DNA of 64,000 nt from an uncultured Halobacteriales archaeon (GTDB lineage: Archaea > Thermoplasmatota > E2 > JACPAO01 > JAHFTW01). The stretch spans positions 5,337 to 69,336 of the forward strand of contig CAZVJB010000012.1 in NCBI GenBank assembly GCA_964627625.1. The letters run 5' to 3'. Of this stretch, positions 18,132 to 28,984 are shown one piece after another. The first letter of the stretch is position 1. The number at the start of each line of letters is the position of its first letter. Made by a program: the position numbers and the translations under genes. The notes beneath the pieces are model-generated. The model had not been told where the DNA came from and ran no database searches. It was given only the letters and a program-made list of their open reading frames with translations.

Positions 18132-21100
18132 ATGATGGGGAAAACGGGCCAGGACAAGCAAATTCAACGCAAACCCCGTGGCCCGTCGTGGATTCAACTC
18201 GCCCAGGTCGCTTGCGCGCTCCTGTTTGTCAGTAGCCTACTCAGCCCCGTGGTCGATGCGGGCGTTCCCAAAACATCGCCAGCAGCCGCGAAGGGGGCGC
18301 AGGACCATGCCAAGAATGTCCAGGGAGGCACCAATTCGGCCTCCCAAGTGACGCAAGCATCGCAGGATATTGATTTGGCTGCCGCCGACAATGCGGCAAA
18401 TGCCATTGGCGGCCAAGTCACCACGGAAGTCCATGAAGTGCTGTGCATCGTCGCCAAAACCCAGACCGTTGTTGAGGTCGATCATAACCCCGTGACCCTC
18501 AAGGGTTGCACCGATGCGGGGTCACCCGGAAATCCCGTGGCGCGCCTAACGTACAATGTTCCCGCTTCCACGTTCCACAATGCCGCCCCCTCCGGCAAAC
18601 TGCCCGTATCCGTCAATGCAGGAACCGGCGTTGTAGGAAACGGTGGGGCGGGTCGAGCCGTGGCTGAAGTCGTTGTCAGAAGCCCCGCCGCCAGCGCCGG
18701 CCCTCCGCCCGTCATTTCCGCCGCGACGGGACCAGACGCCCGAGCCATCACCGTGACGTTATCCGCCCCGGCGGCCGCCGTCACGGAAATCCAGTTGAGA
18801 ACAGCCACCAGCAAGTCGGGCGTTGCCTCAACGGGCGCCATCGAAGCCATCTTCAAACCCTCCGACCCCGAGTGGTCCACTCTGCAATGGATTCACCGCG
18901 ATGTCACGATGGAACGCCACTACTACATGGCGTCCTACAAGATTGACGACAACCGACGCGTCGAAAGCAACATCGCAGACGCTATGCCGCTTCTCCAATT
19001 CAACGTGACCAGCACCCGTGGCCCCGATTGGATTGACGTATCCTGGACCCCTCTCCGGGATGCAACGCACTACTCGGTCCGTCGCAACGGCGAGGGCCTC
19101 GGCCGCGTCTTCGAGCAAGTCGAAGAAGTCACCAATTCGTGCCAAAGTCCCTGCACGACGCCTGTGACCTACCACGATGCGGGCCTGCTGGCGGGCGAGG
19201 AACACACGTACCAAATCGTTGCCTACGGATATGGGGGCGCGTGGGCGGAGGGATTCGCCACAAACCACACGTATGCCCGGCCCGACCCGCCAACCATTGC
19301 AGCCGAGTACCACTTCCACAACGACGCGGCGCCGACTACCCCGCCTGCCCCGCCCAACCCCCCGTTCGACGCTCAGCCGTTCCATGTCCACATCACAATC
19401 ACCGGCCCCGTGGAGACGGATGACCTGCCAATCACGGGATACACGGTTTACCAGAATGCGGGCGGCAGCGGAACATGGAGCAGCGCCTATTTCGGCACCT
19501 CCACCTCGCCGGGCCTGTCGGTCCCGGCGGAAAACGCCTACGGCTTCTACGCAGTGACCCACACAGCAGCTATCCCGGCAAGCGATGGCAGCAACGTTGC
19601 GACCGTCGATACCACTCAATCCCTCCTGGTATCAGATCCACCTCAAGTCAGCTACCACGTCGCCCAAACCTGCCTGGCTCGCACAGCAGGCAACGCCGTC
19701 GTTCACATCTCGCCGTCCTCGACCACGTACGTGAAGACGGCAACCGGCCAAGCAACCGTTTCGACTCCCTACGACGTCTTCGACGCGGAAACCTATAGGG
19801 GAACGACGCGCTACTACGCCTCCCATTCAGCCCTGTTCCAAAGCGCGTGGGCGCCGGCAAAGATTCCCGATATTTCCCCAATCACCAACCTGTTGGCGGC
19901 GGCCGAACCCGATGGGTCGGTTTCCTTGAATTGGACGGTGCCCAAGACTGCGGCCGCGACAGGCGTGGCGCAATACGTTGTATGGAAGCTGTCCAGTCAA
20001 CCCTCGCCTGGCACGGCATTTCCCGCAACACCCAACCCCACCGGCTCCCTTCTCCACGCGACCGCTGCCACCCCGAATACCTGGACCATCACGATTCCCG
20101 CAAGCGAGCTCTTGCCCGGAACGGACTACGACTTACTCGTCGCAGCAAGCACATGCCTCGACGAACCCGACGTGGCCCACTGGAACATGGGCCAATACGT
20201 CCACGTGCGGACGCGCGACGTGCCAGGCCAACCGGATGCCCCGACGGTGACATCGGGCAACAAGCCAAAGGACATCGTTGTGGACTGGGACACCCCAACG
20301 ACTGATGGCGGCTCGCAAATTATCAGGTACGAATTGTACCGGGCCCCGGATGGCAGTGACGCGTTCCAGCCGACCGCCATCACGGGTCCCGTCAGCCCGC
20401 ACACGGTAGTGCAAGAGCGCTTGGACCCCTACCAGACGTATTGCTACAAAGTGCGCGCCCGCAACGCAGTCGGCCCAGGCCTTTTCAGCAATGTCACATG
20501 CGGCAGGCCCGCGCCAGAATTGCCGGGCAAGCCGACCATTGAAGCCCACACTGCCCCTGCGCCAGAAGCCATCGATGCATCCTGGCAGCCCAGCACCACG
20601 GGAGGCAGCCAGTCGCTAAAGTATGACCTCTTTACCGCCAAGACTGCGGCGGGACCGTACATGAAGTTGCTCGACCATTCCAGCTTCGTCGAACTCCATG
20701 ATATTGGCCTGGGAAATGGCGTCACGCGATTCTATTATGTCGTGGCGTTCAACGAAATGGGCGAAAGTCCACCAAGCGACGTCGCCTACGCGACGACGAT
20801 CGACTATCCCGGGGCGCCGCTGAATCTACGGGCGGTCGGCGGGAACAAGAGCATCAACCTCTCATGGTCGGCGCCCAGTGATGGCGGAAGCCCCATCTTG
20901 TTTTACAACATTACTGGCACCCGGCTCGATGCCGTCGGAACATACGCGGCGAGCACGAACTTGACATCCAAGGCCTTGACGGGCCTTGGATACGACGAAT
21001 CGTGGGCGTTCAAGGTGAGTGCATCGAACCTCTTGGGGGCCGGCCCCAACGCGACGGAGAAGGCCGACACGTTCGGGGTTCCTGACCCTCCGGCGCCGGT

Positions 21101-24100
21101 GATTGGAGGCTTTAGCAAGATTCGCGGCCGCCTCGACGTAAAGTGGTTGCCGCCATTGGACGACGGCGGTTACGCTGTCTCGAAGTACTCCGTCTACGAC
21201 GTGACCACCACCTCCACCTTCGTAACAGACAAAACCTCGTTGTCGTACAACGAGACCGGCCTAGGCGACGGCATCACCAAGACCTTCCGCGTTACCGCCT
21301 GGAACGAGGCCGGCCAAAGCGACCGCTCCGAACCAGCTGACGCCACCACGCCAGATCGCCCCTCGCCGCCCCAACGGCCCGCAATCAAGTTCGCAACCAA
21401 TGCGACTCCGACTGGCGACGACCTGATCACGTTCTCATGGCTCGACCCGGCCAGTGACGGTGGGCTGCCGGTCTCGCAGTTCGACGTCTACGTCAGTGCC
21501 GACAATGTGACTTGGGTCCACGACCAGACAGTCGTAGCCGCTTGGCACGCCGCCTACTGGGCCGCGTGTGAAGATGTCATCTGCTACTACCGCGTCACGG
21601 CCACGAATGAAGTGGGAGAAAGCGATCCCAGCGCTGTTGTATCGTTGGAGTTGCCGCCGCCGTTCCCGCCAGAGAGTATCCGGGGAACGACGCCTGGATC
21701 TGGCGGAGAATTCCAGCAGACGTTTGATTGCGGCCAACCGAACCAAGGCAGCGTCAACTTGGTCAGTGGCCAATTCGTGCAGACCCTCTGCCTCGTGCCC
21801 GGTTCCGATGATTTCCCCGGCCTTGCGATGCCGGTCCAGGTCACGCATCGAGCCAATTCCCGTGAACAGGGGTCCGCGGGACGGAATTGGTTCCTGAGTG
21901 TTGATCGCCGCCTCCTCTTCGAGGATGGAGGCGACGCCGTGCTGACGGATGGCTCGGGCCGATTCGACGTCTTTGCAAACCTGACGGACGAGTACCAATC
22001 GCCGCCCGGATTCTACATGGAATTGGCCAAGAGTGGCGGCGGCTACACCTTGCGCCATGTCGGCGGAATCACGGAATCATTCGACGCCGACGGCCTGCGC
22101 ACTCGCATCGACGACTTGTACGACAACAACGTCGCCTTCACCTACTCCGGCGGGGACCACGTGGCGACCATGACGGACGCCCTGGGGCGCGTCACGACAT
22201 TCAATTACGAGGGTCACAACCTGACGCGAATCACCGACTGGAGCGGCCGCTCAGCGAATTTCACGTACGCGGGCAAGGACCTGTCACAGGTGTCGATTAA
22301 CGGTGCCCAGTACAACTTCACCTACAGGCAGCATAACTTGAACACGACGACGAATGCGCGCGGCGACATCTACATGCAGAACCACTACGACGAGCTTTGG
22401 CGCGTCGTCAACCAAACGTACGCTGAAGGATTCTACACTTTCGCCTACGACTACAGCCTGTCGACAACGAAGGCCGAAGACCCGGAGGGTAACCTCGCCA
22501 CGTGGACATACACGAGTCAGGAACACCCGACGCCGACCAGCAAGATCATCGAAGCAAACCGGCGCGTGCGGGATGGCGACCCCTTGACGATGGAGACCAA
22601 GTACCAATCGAATGCGGACCTTGAAATCACGTCTGTCCAGGACGCGGAAGGAATTAGGACGACGTACACCTACGACTCGCAGAAACCTGACGCCCTGGCG
22701 CACGGCAACTTGCTGAAGATGCAAATCAACCCAAATGTCGCGGGCTTTTACCCACTCACGTACACGTGGACTTACGAGCCGGAATATCAACAGGTGAAAA
22801 CGGAGACTCCGCCCGTCGGAAACGACCCGTCCTACCAGCCGAGCAATGGCGGTGCCGGCGGTGCCGCGCGCTACACGACGTGGCACTGCTATGGCCAAGA
22901 CGAGGTCTTGTACGGTGACCTGAATGGAAACGGGGCTGTTGCGGCCTTGGGCGAAGTTGGCCGACCCGTCAAGTTTGTCGAGCCGGCAATCAACGCTGGT
23001 GGCGCACCCTATGCGGGCCTGACTGCCGACCAGAAACGCATCACGTACGTCCAATACAACGTGCGGGGCCAACCAATCCAGACCACGAGTCCGGCTGGCG
23101 ATGTAACGCGCTACTCGTACTACGAGCCAGGACAGCAGGGGCCGAACGGCGAGAACCCGGCCGGCACGATGCAGGGCGAGACGACTTACTCCTCCAACAG
23201 CTTCGATCCAGTCGTTAGTGGTGGAGAAGAGTGCCTTGACCCGCCGTGGCCACAGCCCAGCGGCGCCGGCCTCAGCACGAATTACACGTACGATTCACGC
23301 GGCTACATGACGAGCCAAACCGAACCCAATGGAATGACGACGACGTGGGAGCACGACTGGGCCGGCCGCACCCTTAGTCAAACCGACGCATCCGGTTCCG
23401 CGAAGGAATACACGTACGACGCGGACGGCAACCTGCTCTCGGAGGCGCGAAGCAATGCCCGCTACGGCATCGACTTCTCGAACGTGACGGAACAGCCGTA
23501 CGTGAACCGCTACGCCTACGACGCCGTTGGGCGCATGACCGAGGAATGGCTTGCCAGCAATTCCTCTGTCGATGGATCGCTGCATCCCGAGACTGTCAAC
23601 AATCGCTTCATCTATGACGCCAATGGAAACATGGTCGCCAAGATTTGGCAGACGTACAACGCGGGCGGCCTCCATGAAGACGGCGTGGAGACGTACCTGT
23701 ACAATGAGCGCAACCAAGTCGTGGCGCGCACGGTTGGAGGTAAGACTCCTGTCTTTGATCTTCACAACCCGGGTATCGTGGTTCCGGAAAATGAGATTCT
23801 GTACTTGCGAACGCCCCCGCCCATCGTTGACCCCTCCGCACCACTACCTGAGAATTCGCCGCCGGGGGCGGTTGTGGTGGGAGCGGAAAGCGGTGGCGGC
23901 TCAGTCTCGGCCGGATGCACTGGCCCTGAAGCGGGCGGCGTCAATCCCTCCGAGACTTGCCAAACCTCCGTCCCAGTCGACGGGCCCGCTGGTGGCGCCG
24001 GCGCCGGCGTGGGTCCGGATGGCGGATCCGGCGGAGCTCCTCTGACGCCAGTGTGGGTTGATCCTGGCTCGACTGTCCCGTCGGGTGGCGTTCTTGGTGA

Positions 24101-27100
24101 TCCAGGCGATGGCGACGGCGCTGACGACGGCTCCGACGGCGGTCCTGGTGGTATTGGCGGTGTTCCCAACGTCGTTCCGGATGGACTCGTTGGAAACGAC
24201 ACTGAAGCACCCGAGATTCCTGAATCAGGGCCGGGCGAGCTTCTGGAGCCGGTTGGCAACGCGACGAAGGGTGGTGGCGGAGTTGGAACCTGCGTCGAAT
24301 TCGACACTATCGCGGTCACGACGACCGGCTTCTCGACCCCCCTCTCGGAGAGCCAACACATGTTCCTCTGCGCCGGAGTCCCATTCCTGCTGTTTCTCGT
24401 TGGGGCGGGAGCGGGTCCTGGCGGCGCGGCAGAAGAAGAGCAGGGCGTGGATTCCGCACCAGGCTACTCGGTGCGTCCCGAGACCCAGAACTACACGTTG
24501 CAGCAGAGCGTCAAGAAGCACTTGACGCACGACCAGCCGACGGGCAAGAACCCGCGGCTTGCATTGCCTGCCGAAAATGAGCCAGTCATGTACGTGGGAC
24601 CACCCGTCAATCGGACGCTTGGTGTTTTCCTGATGGATTGGGCCACGTACGAAGTGCCGCCCCTCACTGAGGACGTCGACGAACTTGACAAAGTTACGCT
24701 GCTTCAGCCCAGGCCCACAGAAAAGCTCAATTCCACCGATTCGGCGCGCGTGCAACTCGTGTTCTGGGTGCGCGGCACGACCGGCCAGACGATTATCAAC
24801 AACACGTGGCATGCAACACTTTGGGACGAGGTCAACAAGACGACTCCGAAGAAGGTCGCCGACTTCACAATCACGTTCCCGCCAATCGGCATGAACGAGG
24901 TCGTCGAGCAGCGCATCACGTTGGCCAACGACGTACGCTTGAAGGGACCAATTGCGGTCGGTTTGGGCGGCGTGAAGGCCGGCGATCGGCTGGTTCTCTA
25001 CGACTCCGTGCAGACGCCGACGCGCCTAGAAATTGGCCGCGCAACGACGCAGACGACGGACTACAACCTCAACGGTCAAGTCATTCGCAGCCAGGACGGC
25101 GACGGCCGCGTGACGACGTATGAATACGATCCGTATGGACGGCAGTCCACGCAAAGAGACATGGATGGAAACCTCCACGTCACGACGTACGATTCTGCCG
25201 GCAGCCGTTGGCAAGAAATGTACGGCAGTCCTGACGGAACAAATAATCGGTTGCTCTTGTCCAAGAGCATCGAGCACTTGGACGAGGGCGGCCGCGTCTT
25301 CCGCACCGACGTCGCCCGTTTTGATCCCAGAACTGGCTTACCCCTTCCAGACGCCGGCATCACGCCCAACGACGGCTACGCAACGACGTTCTACGGGTAC
25401 GATGCAGATGGTCGTCCGACCAAGCGCATCGGCGACGACGGAACCGTCCAGACCCGGTCGTACGACCACACGGGCCGTGTCGTGGAGGAGCGTGACGGCA
25501 GCGAAGCCGGCATCAAGTACACGTGGGGCGAGAACGGCACGTTGGACGCCGTCACGGCGACCAGCATCGCAGCAAACGGAGTTGCGACGCCAACCAATCG
25601 GACCTACTTGTTCTCCTACGACGAGCTGAGCCGTTTGATTCGCAGCGTTGACCCGCTGGGGCACGCGCGGTACATGGGATACGATTCTGGCGGTCGCTTG
25701 GCCTGGAGCACGGATAGTCGCGGCGGGCCGATGCCCGACATGGAAGGCCGCTACAACGGCAAGATTACGAGCGCCGGCAATTTAGTGGAGTATTCCTACG
25801 ATGGTCAAGGCCACCTTGAATCCACCAAGCGCGACCTTACGGACACGGGCCGTGGCGACGGCCTTTTGGCGGGCAACGTCACGACGCGGCAAGTGTGGGA
25901 CAGTGAAGGCCGGCTCATCCAGCAAATAAGCGATGGCGGCCAAGTGACAACATACGAATACGACGTGCAAGGCAACTTGGTGAAGGAGACGTCGCCGACG
26001 GGCATCGAGCGTCGCGCCTTCCATGATGCAGCCGGCCATGTCGTGCGGGTCGAATTGCCGGGTGCCACCATCACTCAGACCTTCGATAATCGCGGGCTGT
26101 TGGTGCACCGGGACAGCTCTGGATCGTTCTCGACGCGGCAATCCTTCGTCTACGACGGCCTGGGGCGCCTTGTCAAGGCAACGGACAACAACTACGTGGG
26201 CACGAATCAGGATGGCAGTGTCGTGCAATTCGAGTACGACTCGACGGGTCAAATCCTACGCGAAATCCAGAACGGCGTCGTCGTCGCCGCACAGCATGAT
26301 GGTGTCGGTCGCCCAACAGAGTTGATTTACCCGAGTGGGTTAAGCATTCAACGCACCTACGACGCGGCCGGTAGGCCCGCGACGGTGAAGGCTGGAGCCA
26401 TGACGCTGGCAACCTATGGGTACGCCGAGGGCCGCCTGGACACGCGCACACTTGGAAACGGCGTCGTGATGGATGCCTCATACGATGCCGCGGACCACCT
26501 GACTGGATTGGACGTAGATTCCGCTGAGTTCCATATGGGGTACCAGTACGCGTATGATGAGGATGGTCGCGTTACGAAGAGTGCCGTCGACCACGCGCCA
26601 AACACTGGGCACCACGCCAGCTACGACTCACTCGGTCGCCTGACGCAGTACTATGCTGGAAACGTGGATGAGCGCATCGCGGCTGCCACGAGGAACGTCA
26701 AATCGGCTGGGGCGGATTCGTGGGATTGGACGCTTGATGGCCAGAATAATTGGCTCAATGTCGAGCAGGGTGTGGGCATCAATTCCACGACGACGGCGAC
26801 GGCTTACAATGGGGAGAACCAAGGCGTAACGTATGGCATCGACGGAAACGGTACGGCCTTCGAAAGTAATCCCTACGATGCCCGGGGAAACCTACTCGGC
26901 TCGTCCAGCGGCAATGGCACGCAGGCAAACAGTTACGCGTACGACGCCTTCAATCGCCTGCGCTTTGTCGTTGGGCAGAAGATCGTGGCGCGCGACGTTC
27001 CGGAGGACTGCCAATTGGATCCGGTTCCGGAGGACTTGAATTGCAGTCCGACCGAGGCGAAGCCGGCGTTCAAGGTGACGTACAAGTATGACGCATTGAA

Positions 27101-28388
27101 CCGCCGCACGTCGATGAACACGACGCTGGAAGATGGGAATACGACGACACCAGACCCGTGGCAGCATACGAGCTTCGTGTATGATGGCATGAACCTAATC
27201 GAATCCCAAACGACTGGAAACATTTCCGCGACCGCCACGCGGCGCTTCGTGCACGGGCTGGGAATCGATGACCACATCGCCATGAATAACGGGACGGCTT
27301 GGCATTACTACGTCCAAGACCGACTTGGGAATGTCATGGCCCTCACCGACGCCACCGGCGCCTTGAGTGAAGCGTACCTGTACCAAGCCTACGGTGGCCT
27401 CACCGTCGTCCACCCCGGCGCAAACGGCGTCATTGACTGGGGCCAAGACGACACCACCAACTCGACGTGGACCGGCTTCGAGACCGCAAGCGCGATTGGG
27501 AACCCGTTCTATTACACCGGGCAGCAATTCGACGCCAACACAGGATTGTACTACTACCGCGCTCGGTATTACGACCCGGCAGACGGCCGGTTCTTGTCGG
27601 CTGACCCCATCGGCGTGTGGGGCGACGGGCAAAACCTTGGAAATGGCTATGCGTACGTTGGCAACGGTCCGCTTTACCGTACGGACCCGTGGGGTCTGTT
27701 CAACTGCACGGACGGGGCCGTCAATCAGTTCTTCGCCGGGCTCACACTTGGAGCAAGTTGTCTTTGGAATGACGGCGGCGTAATCGACAGCGCTTCGGCG
27801 TGGGTCGAAGAGCACAGTGAGACGATTCTGAAGGTCGCCATGGTGGCAGGTGCCATTGCGATTATGCTTACCCCTGCCGGCCCCATCATTATGGCCCTTG
27901 GCCCCGTCGGGGCGGCCATGCTGTCGGGCGCGGCGGCCGGGGTTCTTATTCAAGCCGGAATCGATTGCCTAACCGCAGCCTGCGGCGGCAGCTGGCAATC
28001 CTACGCTGGCGCGGCCGTGTCGGGTGCGGTGTTTGCGGGCGGCGACAAGGTGTTCAAGCTTGGAAGAATAGGGCGAACTTTCTGGGGAAGTCTGGCAGGC
28101 GGATCCGGTGAGCTCACGGCGCAGGCCCTTGGCGAATGTGCTATTGAATGGGATCGAGTTGGAATTGCATCTGGTTTAGGGGCGGCGGGCGGATACGCAT
28201 CAAAGCTCAAGCACCTGAACCAAGGAAAGTACAACCTTCTCGGCCGATGGAATGGCGTCGTCAGCCGTGGCGACACACCTGGTGCGGTAAGCTATTCCAA
28301 CCTTTTTGTAGGTGGAGGGATTCCGCATTTCCTGCAAAATGGTGCGCCTGACGTGACAATGAAGTTGGCTTTCGGGGTGGCTTGTTGA
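18132..28388 (+). CDS. Giant secreted FN3-repeat / Rhs (YD-repeat) protein, polymorphic-toxin-like
   Basis: Signal peptide; about 9-10 FN3-like units; SVNLVSGQF pre-Rhs motif; many YD repeats; core NPFYYTGQQFD..GLYYYRARYYDP..GRFLSADP..PLYRTDPWGL; ~229-aa hydrophobic C-terminus. Confidence 0.93.
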   Translation: MMGKTGQDKQIQRKPRGPSWIQLAQVACALLFVSSLLSPVVDAGVPKTSPAAAKGAQDHAKNVQGGTNSASQVTQASQDIDLAAADNAANAIGGQVTTEVHEVLCIVAKTQTVVEVDHNPVTLKGCTDAGSPGNPVARLTYNVPASTFHNAAPSGKLPVSVNAGTGVVGNGGAGRAVAEVVVRSPAASAGPPPVISAATGPDARAITVTLSAPAAAVTEIQLRTATSKSGVASTGAIEAIFKPSDPEWSTLQWIHRDVTMERHYYMASYKIDDNRRVESNIADAMPLLQFNVTSTRGPDWIDVSWTPLRDATHYSVRRNGEGLGRVFEQVEEVTNSCQSPCTTPVTYHDAGLLAGEEHTYQIVAYGYGGAWAEGFATNHTYARPDPPTIAAEYHFHNDAAPTTPPAPPNPPFDAQPFHVHITITGPVETDDLPITGYTVYQNAGGSGTWSSAYFGTSTSPGLSVPAENAYGFYAVTHTAAIPASDGSNVATVDTTQSLLVSDPPQVSYHVAQTCLARTAGNAVVHISPSSTTYVKTATGQATVSTPYDVFDAETYRGTTRYYASHSALFQSAWAPAKIPDISPITNLLAAAEPDGSVSLNWTVPKTAAATGVAQYVVWKLSSQPSPGTAFPATPNPTGSLLHATAATPNTWTITIPASELLPGTDYDLLVAASTCLDEPDVAHWNMGQYVHVRTRDVPGQPDAPTVTSGNKPKDIVVDWDTPTTDGGSQIIRYELYRAPDGSDAFQPTAITGPVSPHTVVQERLDPYQTYCYKVRARNAVGPGLFSNVTCGRPAPELPGKPTIEAHTAPAPEAIDASWQPSTTGGSQSLKYDLFTAKTAAGPYMKLLDHSSFVELHDIGLGNGVTRFYYVVAFNEMGESPPSDVAYATTIDYPGAPLNLRAVGGNKSINLSWSAPSDGGSPILFYNITGTRLDAVGTYAASTNLTSKALTGLGYDESWAFKVSASNLLGAGPNATEKADTFGVPDPPAPVIGGFSKIRGRLDVKWLPPLDDGGYAVSKYSVYDVTTTSTFVTDKTSLSYNETGLGDGITKTFRVTAWNEAGQSDRSEPADATTPDRPSPPQRPAIKFATNATPTGDDLITFSWLDPASDGGLPVSQFDVYVSADNVTWVHDQTVVAAWHAAYWAACEDVICYYRVTATNEVGESDPSAVVSLELPPPFPPESIRGTTPGSGGEFQQTFDCGQPNQGSVNLVSGQFVQTLCLVPGSDDFPGLAMPVQVTHRANSREQGSAGRNWFLSVDRRLLFEDGGDAVLTDGSGRFDVFANLTDEYQSPPGFYMELAKSGGGYTLRHVGGITESFDADGLRTRIDDLYDNNVAFTYSGGDHVATMTDALGRVTTFNYEGHNLTRITDWSGRSANFTYAGKDLSQVSINGAQYNFTYRQHNLNTTTNARGDIYMQNHYDELWRVVNQTYAEGFYTFAYDYSLSTTKAEDPEGNLATWTYTSQEHPTPTSKIIEANRRVRDGDPLTMETKYQSNADLEITSVQDAEGIRTTYTYDSQKPDALAHGNLLKMQINPNVAGFYPLTYTWTYEPEYQQVKTETPPVGNDPSYQPSNGGAGGAARYTTWHCYGQDEVLYGDLNGNGAVAALGEVGRPVKFVEPAINAGGAPYAGLTADQKRITYVQYNVRGQPIQTTSPAGDVTRYSYYEPGQQGPNGENPAGTMQGETTYSSNSFDPVVSGGEECLDPPWPQPSGAGLSTNYTYDSRGYMTSQTEPNGMTTTWEHDWAGRTLSQTDASGSAKEYTYDADGNLLSEARSNARYGIDFSNVTEQPYVNRYAYDAVGRMTEEWLASNSSVDGSLHPETVNNRFIYDANGNMVAKIWQTYNAGGLHEDGVETYLYNERNQVVARTVGGKTPVFDLHNPGIVVPENEILYLRTPPPIVDPSAPLPENSPPGAVVVGAESGGGSVSAGCTGPEAGGVNPSETCQTSVPVDGPAGGAGAGVGPDGGSGGAPLTPVWVDPGSTVPSGGVLGDPGDGDGADDGSDGGPGGIGGVPNVVPDGLVGNDTEAPEIPESGPGELLEPVGNATKGGGGVGTCVEFDTIAVTTTGFSTPLSESQHMFLCAGVPFLLFLVGAGAGPGGAAEEEQGVDSAPGYSVRPETQNYTLQQSVKKHLTHDQPTGKNPRLALPAENEPVMYVGPPVNRTLGVFLMDWATYEVPPLTEDVDELDKVTLLQPRPTEKLNSTDSARVQLVFWVRGTTGQTIINNTWHATLWDEVNKTTPKKVADFTITFPPIGMNEVVEQRITLANDVRLKGPIAVGLGGVKAGDRLVLYDSVQTPTRLEIGRATTQTTDYNLNGQVIRSQDGDGRVTTYEYDPYGRQSTQRDMDGNLHVTTYDSAGSRWQEMYGSPDGTNNRLLLSKSIEHLDEGGRVFRTDVARFDPRTGLPLPDAGITPNDGYATTFYGYDADGRPTKRIGDDGTVQTRSYDHTGRVVEERDGSEAGIKYTWGENGTLDAVTATSIAANGVATPTNRTYLFSYDELSRLIRSVDPLGHARYMGYDSGGRLAWSTDSRGGPMPDMEGRYNGKITSAGNLVEYSYDGQGHLESTKRDLTDTGRGDGLLAGNVTTRQVWDSEGRLIQQISDGGQVTTYEYDVQGNLVKETSPTGIERRAFHDAAGHVVRVELPGATITQTFDNRGLLVHRDSSGSFSTRQSFVYDGLGRLVKATDNNYVGTNQDGSVVQFEYDSTGQILREIQNGVVVAAQHDGVGRPTELIYPSGLSIQRTYDAAGRPATVKAGAMTLATYGYAEGRLDTRTLGNGVVMDASYDAADHLTGLDVDSAEFHMGYQYAYDEDGRVTKSAVDHAPNTGHHASYDSLGRLTQYYAGNVDERIAAATRNVKSAGADSWDWTLDGQNNWLNVEQGVGINSTTTATAYNGENQGVTYGIDGNGTAFESNPYDARGNLLGSSSGNGTQANSYAYDAFNRLRFVVGQKIVARDVPEDCQLDPVPEDLNCSPTEAKPAFKVTYKYDALNRRTSMNTTLEDGNTTTPDPWQHTSFVYDGMNLIESQTTGNISATATRRFVHGLGIDDHIAMNNGTAWHYYVQDRLGNVMALTDATGALSEAYLYQAYGGLTVVHPGANGVIDWGQDDTTNSTWTGFETASAIGNPFYYTGQQFDANTGLYYYRARYYDPADGRFLSADPIGVWGDGQNLGNGYAYVGNGPLYRTDPWGLFNCTDGAVNQFFAGLTLGASCLWNDGGVIDSASAWVEEHSETILKVAMVAGAIAIMLTPAGPIIMALGPVGAAMLSGAAAGVLIQAGIDCLTAACGGSWQSYAGAAVSGAVFAGGDKVFKLGRIGRTFWGSLAGGSGELTAQALGECAIEWDRVGIASGLGAAGGYASKLKHLNQGKYNLLGRWNGVVSRGDTPGAVSYSNLFVGGGIPHFLQNGAPDVTMKLAFGVAC

Positions 28389-28864
28389 CCCGCCGCCGTC
28401 CGACAGAACCCGCGGCGGCAAATAAGGCGAGGCAATTTCGGCCGGACAAGAGAGGATTGGTGGCTTGGACGATTTTGCTCCTCGCCGTGACGACAGTTCT
28501 TGTTGTAGGAAGCGTTAGGAGAGGCCTCGACCTTGCCTTGCTTTTGGCCGCGGGCGCCGTGCTCGTACTCTATTCTGTTGGTGCCTGGCAATTCCTGATG
28601 TTTCGGGTGGAGATTGATGCAACCCAGATATCCGCGGGGCGCGTGCGACGGCGAACCATGGCGTGGTCAGACGTTACAGAAGTCGAACGGACGGGGACAG
28701 GTTTTGGGCCAATCGTGCTGTGGATGACGGGGATAGACCTCACGGGCAAGGATGCTGCCGGAAAGCGATGTCGTATCGGCGTTCCCGGTTCCTTCCATCC
28801 AAACGATCAAGACCTCCTTGAAGCCATCATCATTGAACGCACGCCGTGGGCGCGGCACAAATGA
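28382..28864 (+). CDS. 2-TM plus PH-like protein; candidate immunity protein
   Basis: Overlaps the Rhs stop; two TM segments, then RRTMAWSDVTEV (bacterial PH-like). Confidence 0.65.
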   Translation: MLTRRRPTEPAAANKARQFRPDKRGLVAWTILLLAVTTVLVVGSVRRGLDLALLLAAGAVLVLYSVGAWQFLMFRVEIDATQISAGRVRRRTMAWSDVTEVERTGTGFGPIVLWMTGIDLTGKDAAGKRCRIGVPGSFHPNDQDLLEAIIIERTPWARHK

Positions 28865-28984
28865 GTTGTGGCCATCCCGACTTGAGAATCATTCGGACGG
28901 AGCGCCCGCCCCAAGGTCCGTCCCATATGGTACGCGCCCTTCAAGTTGGACGCTTTTCGGCGCGGTTCGTTGATACGTTTTTGG

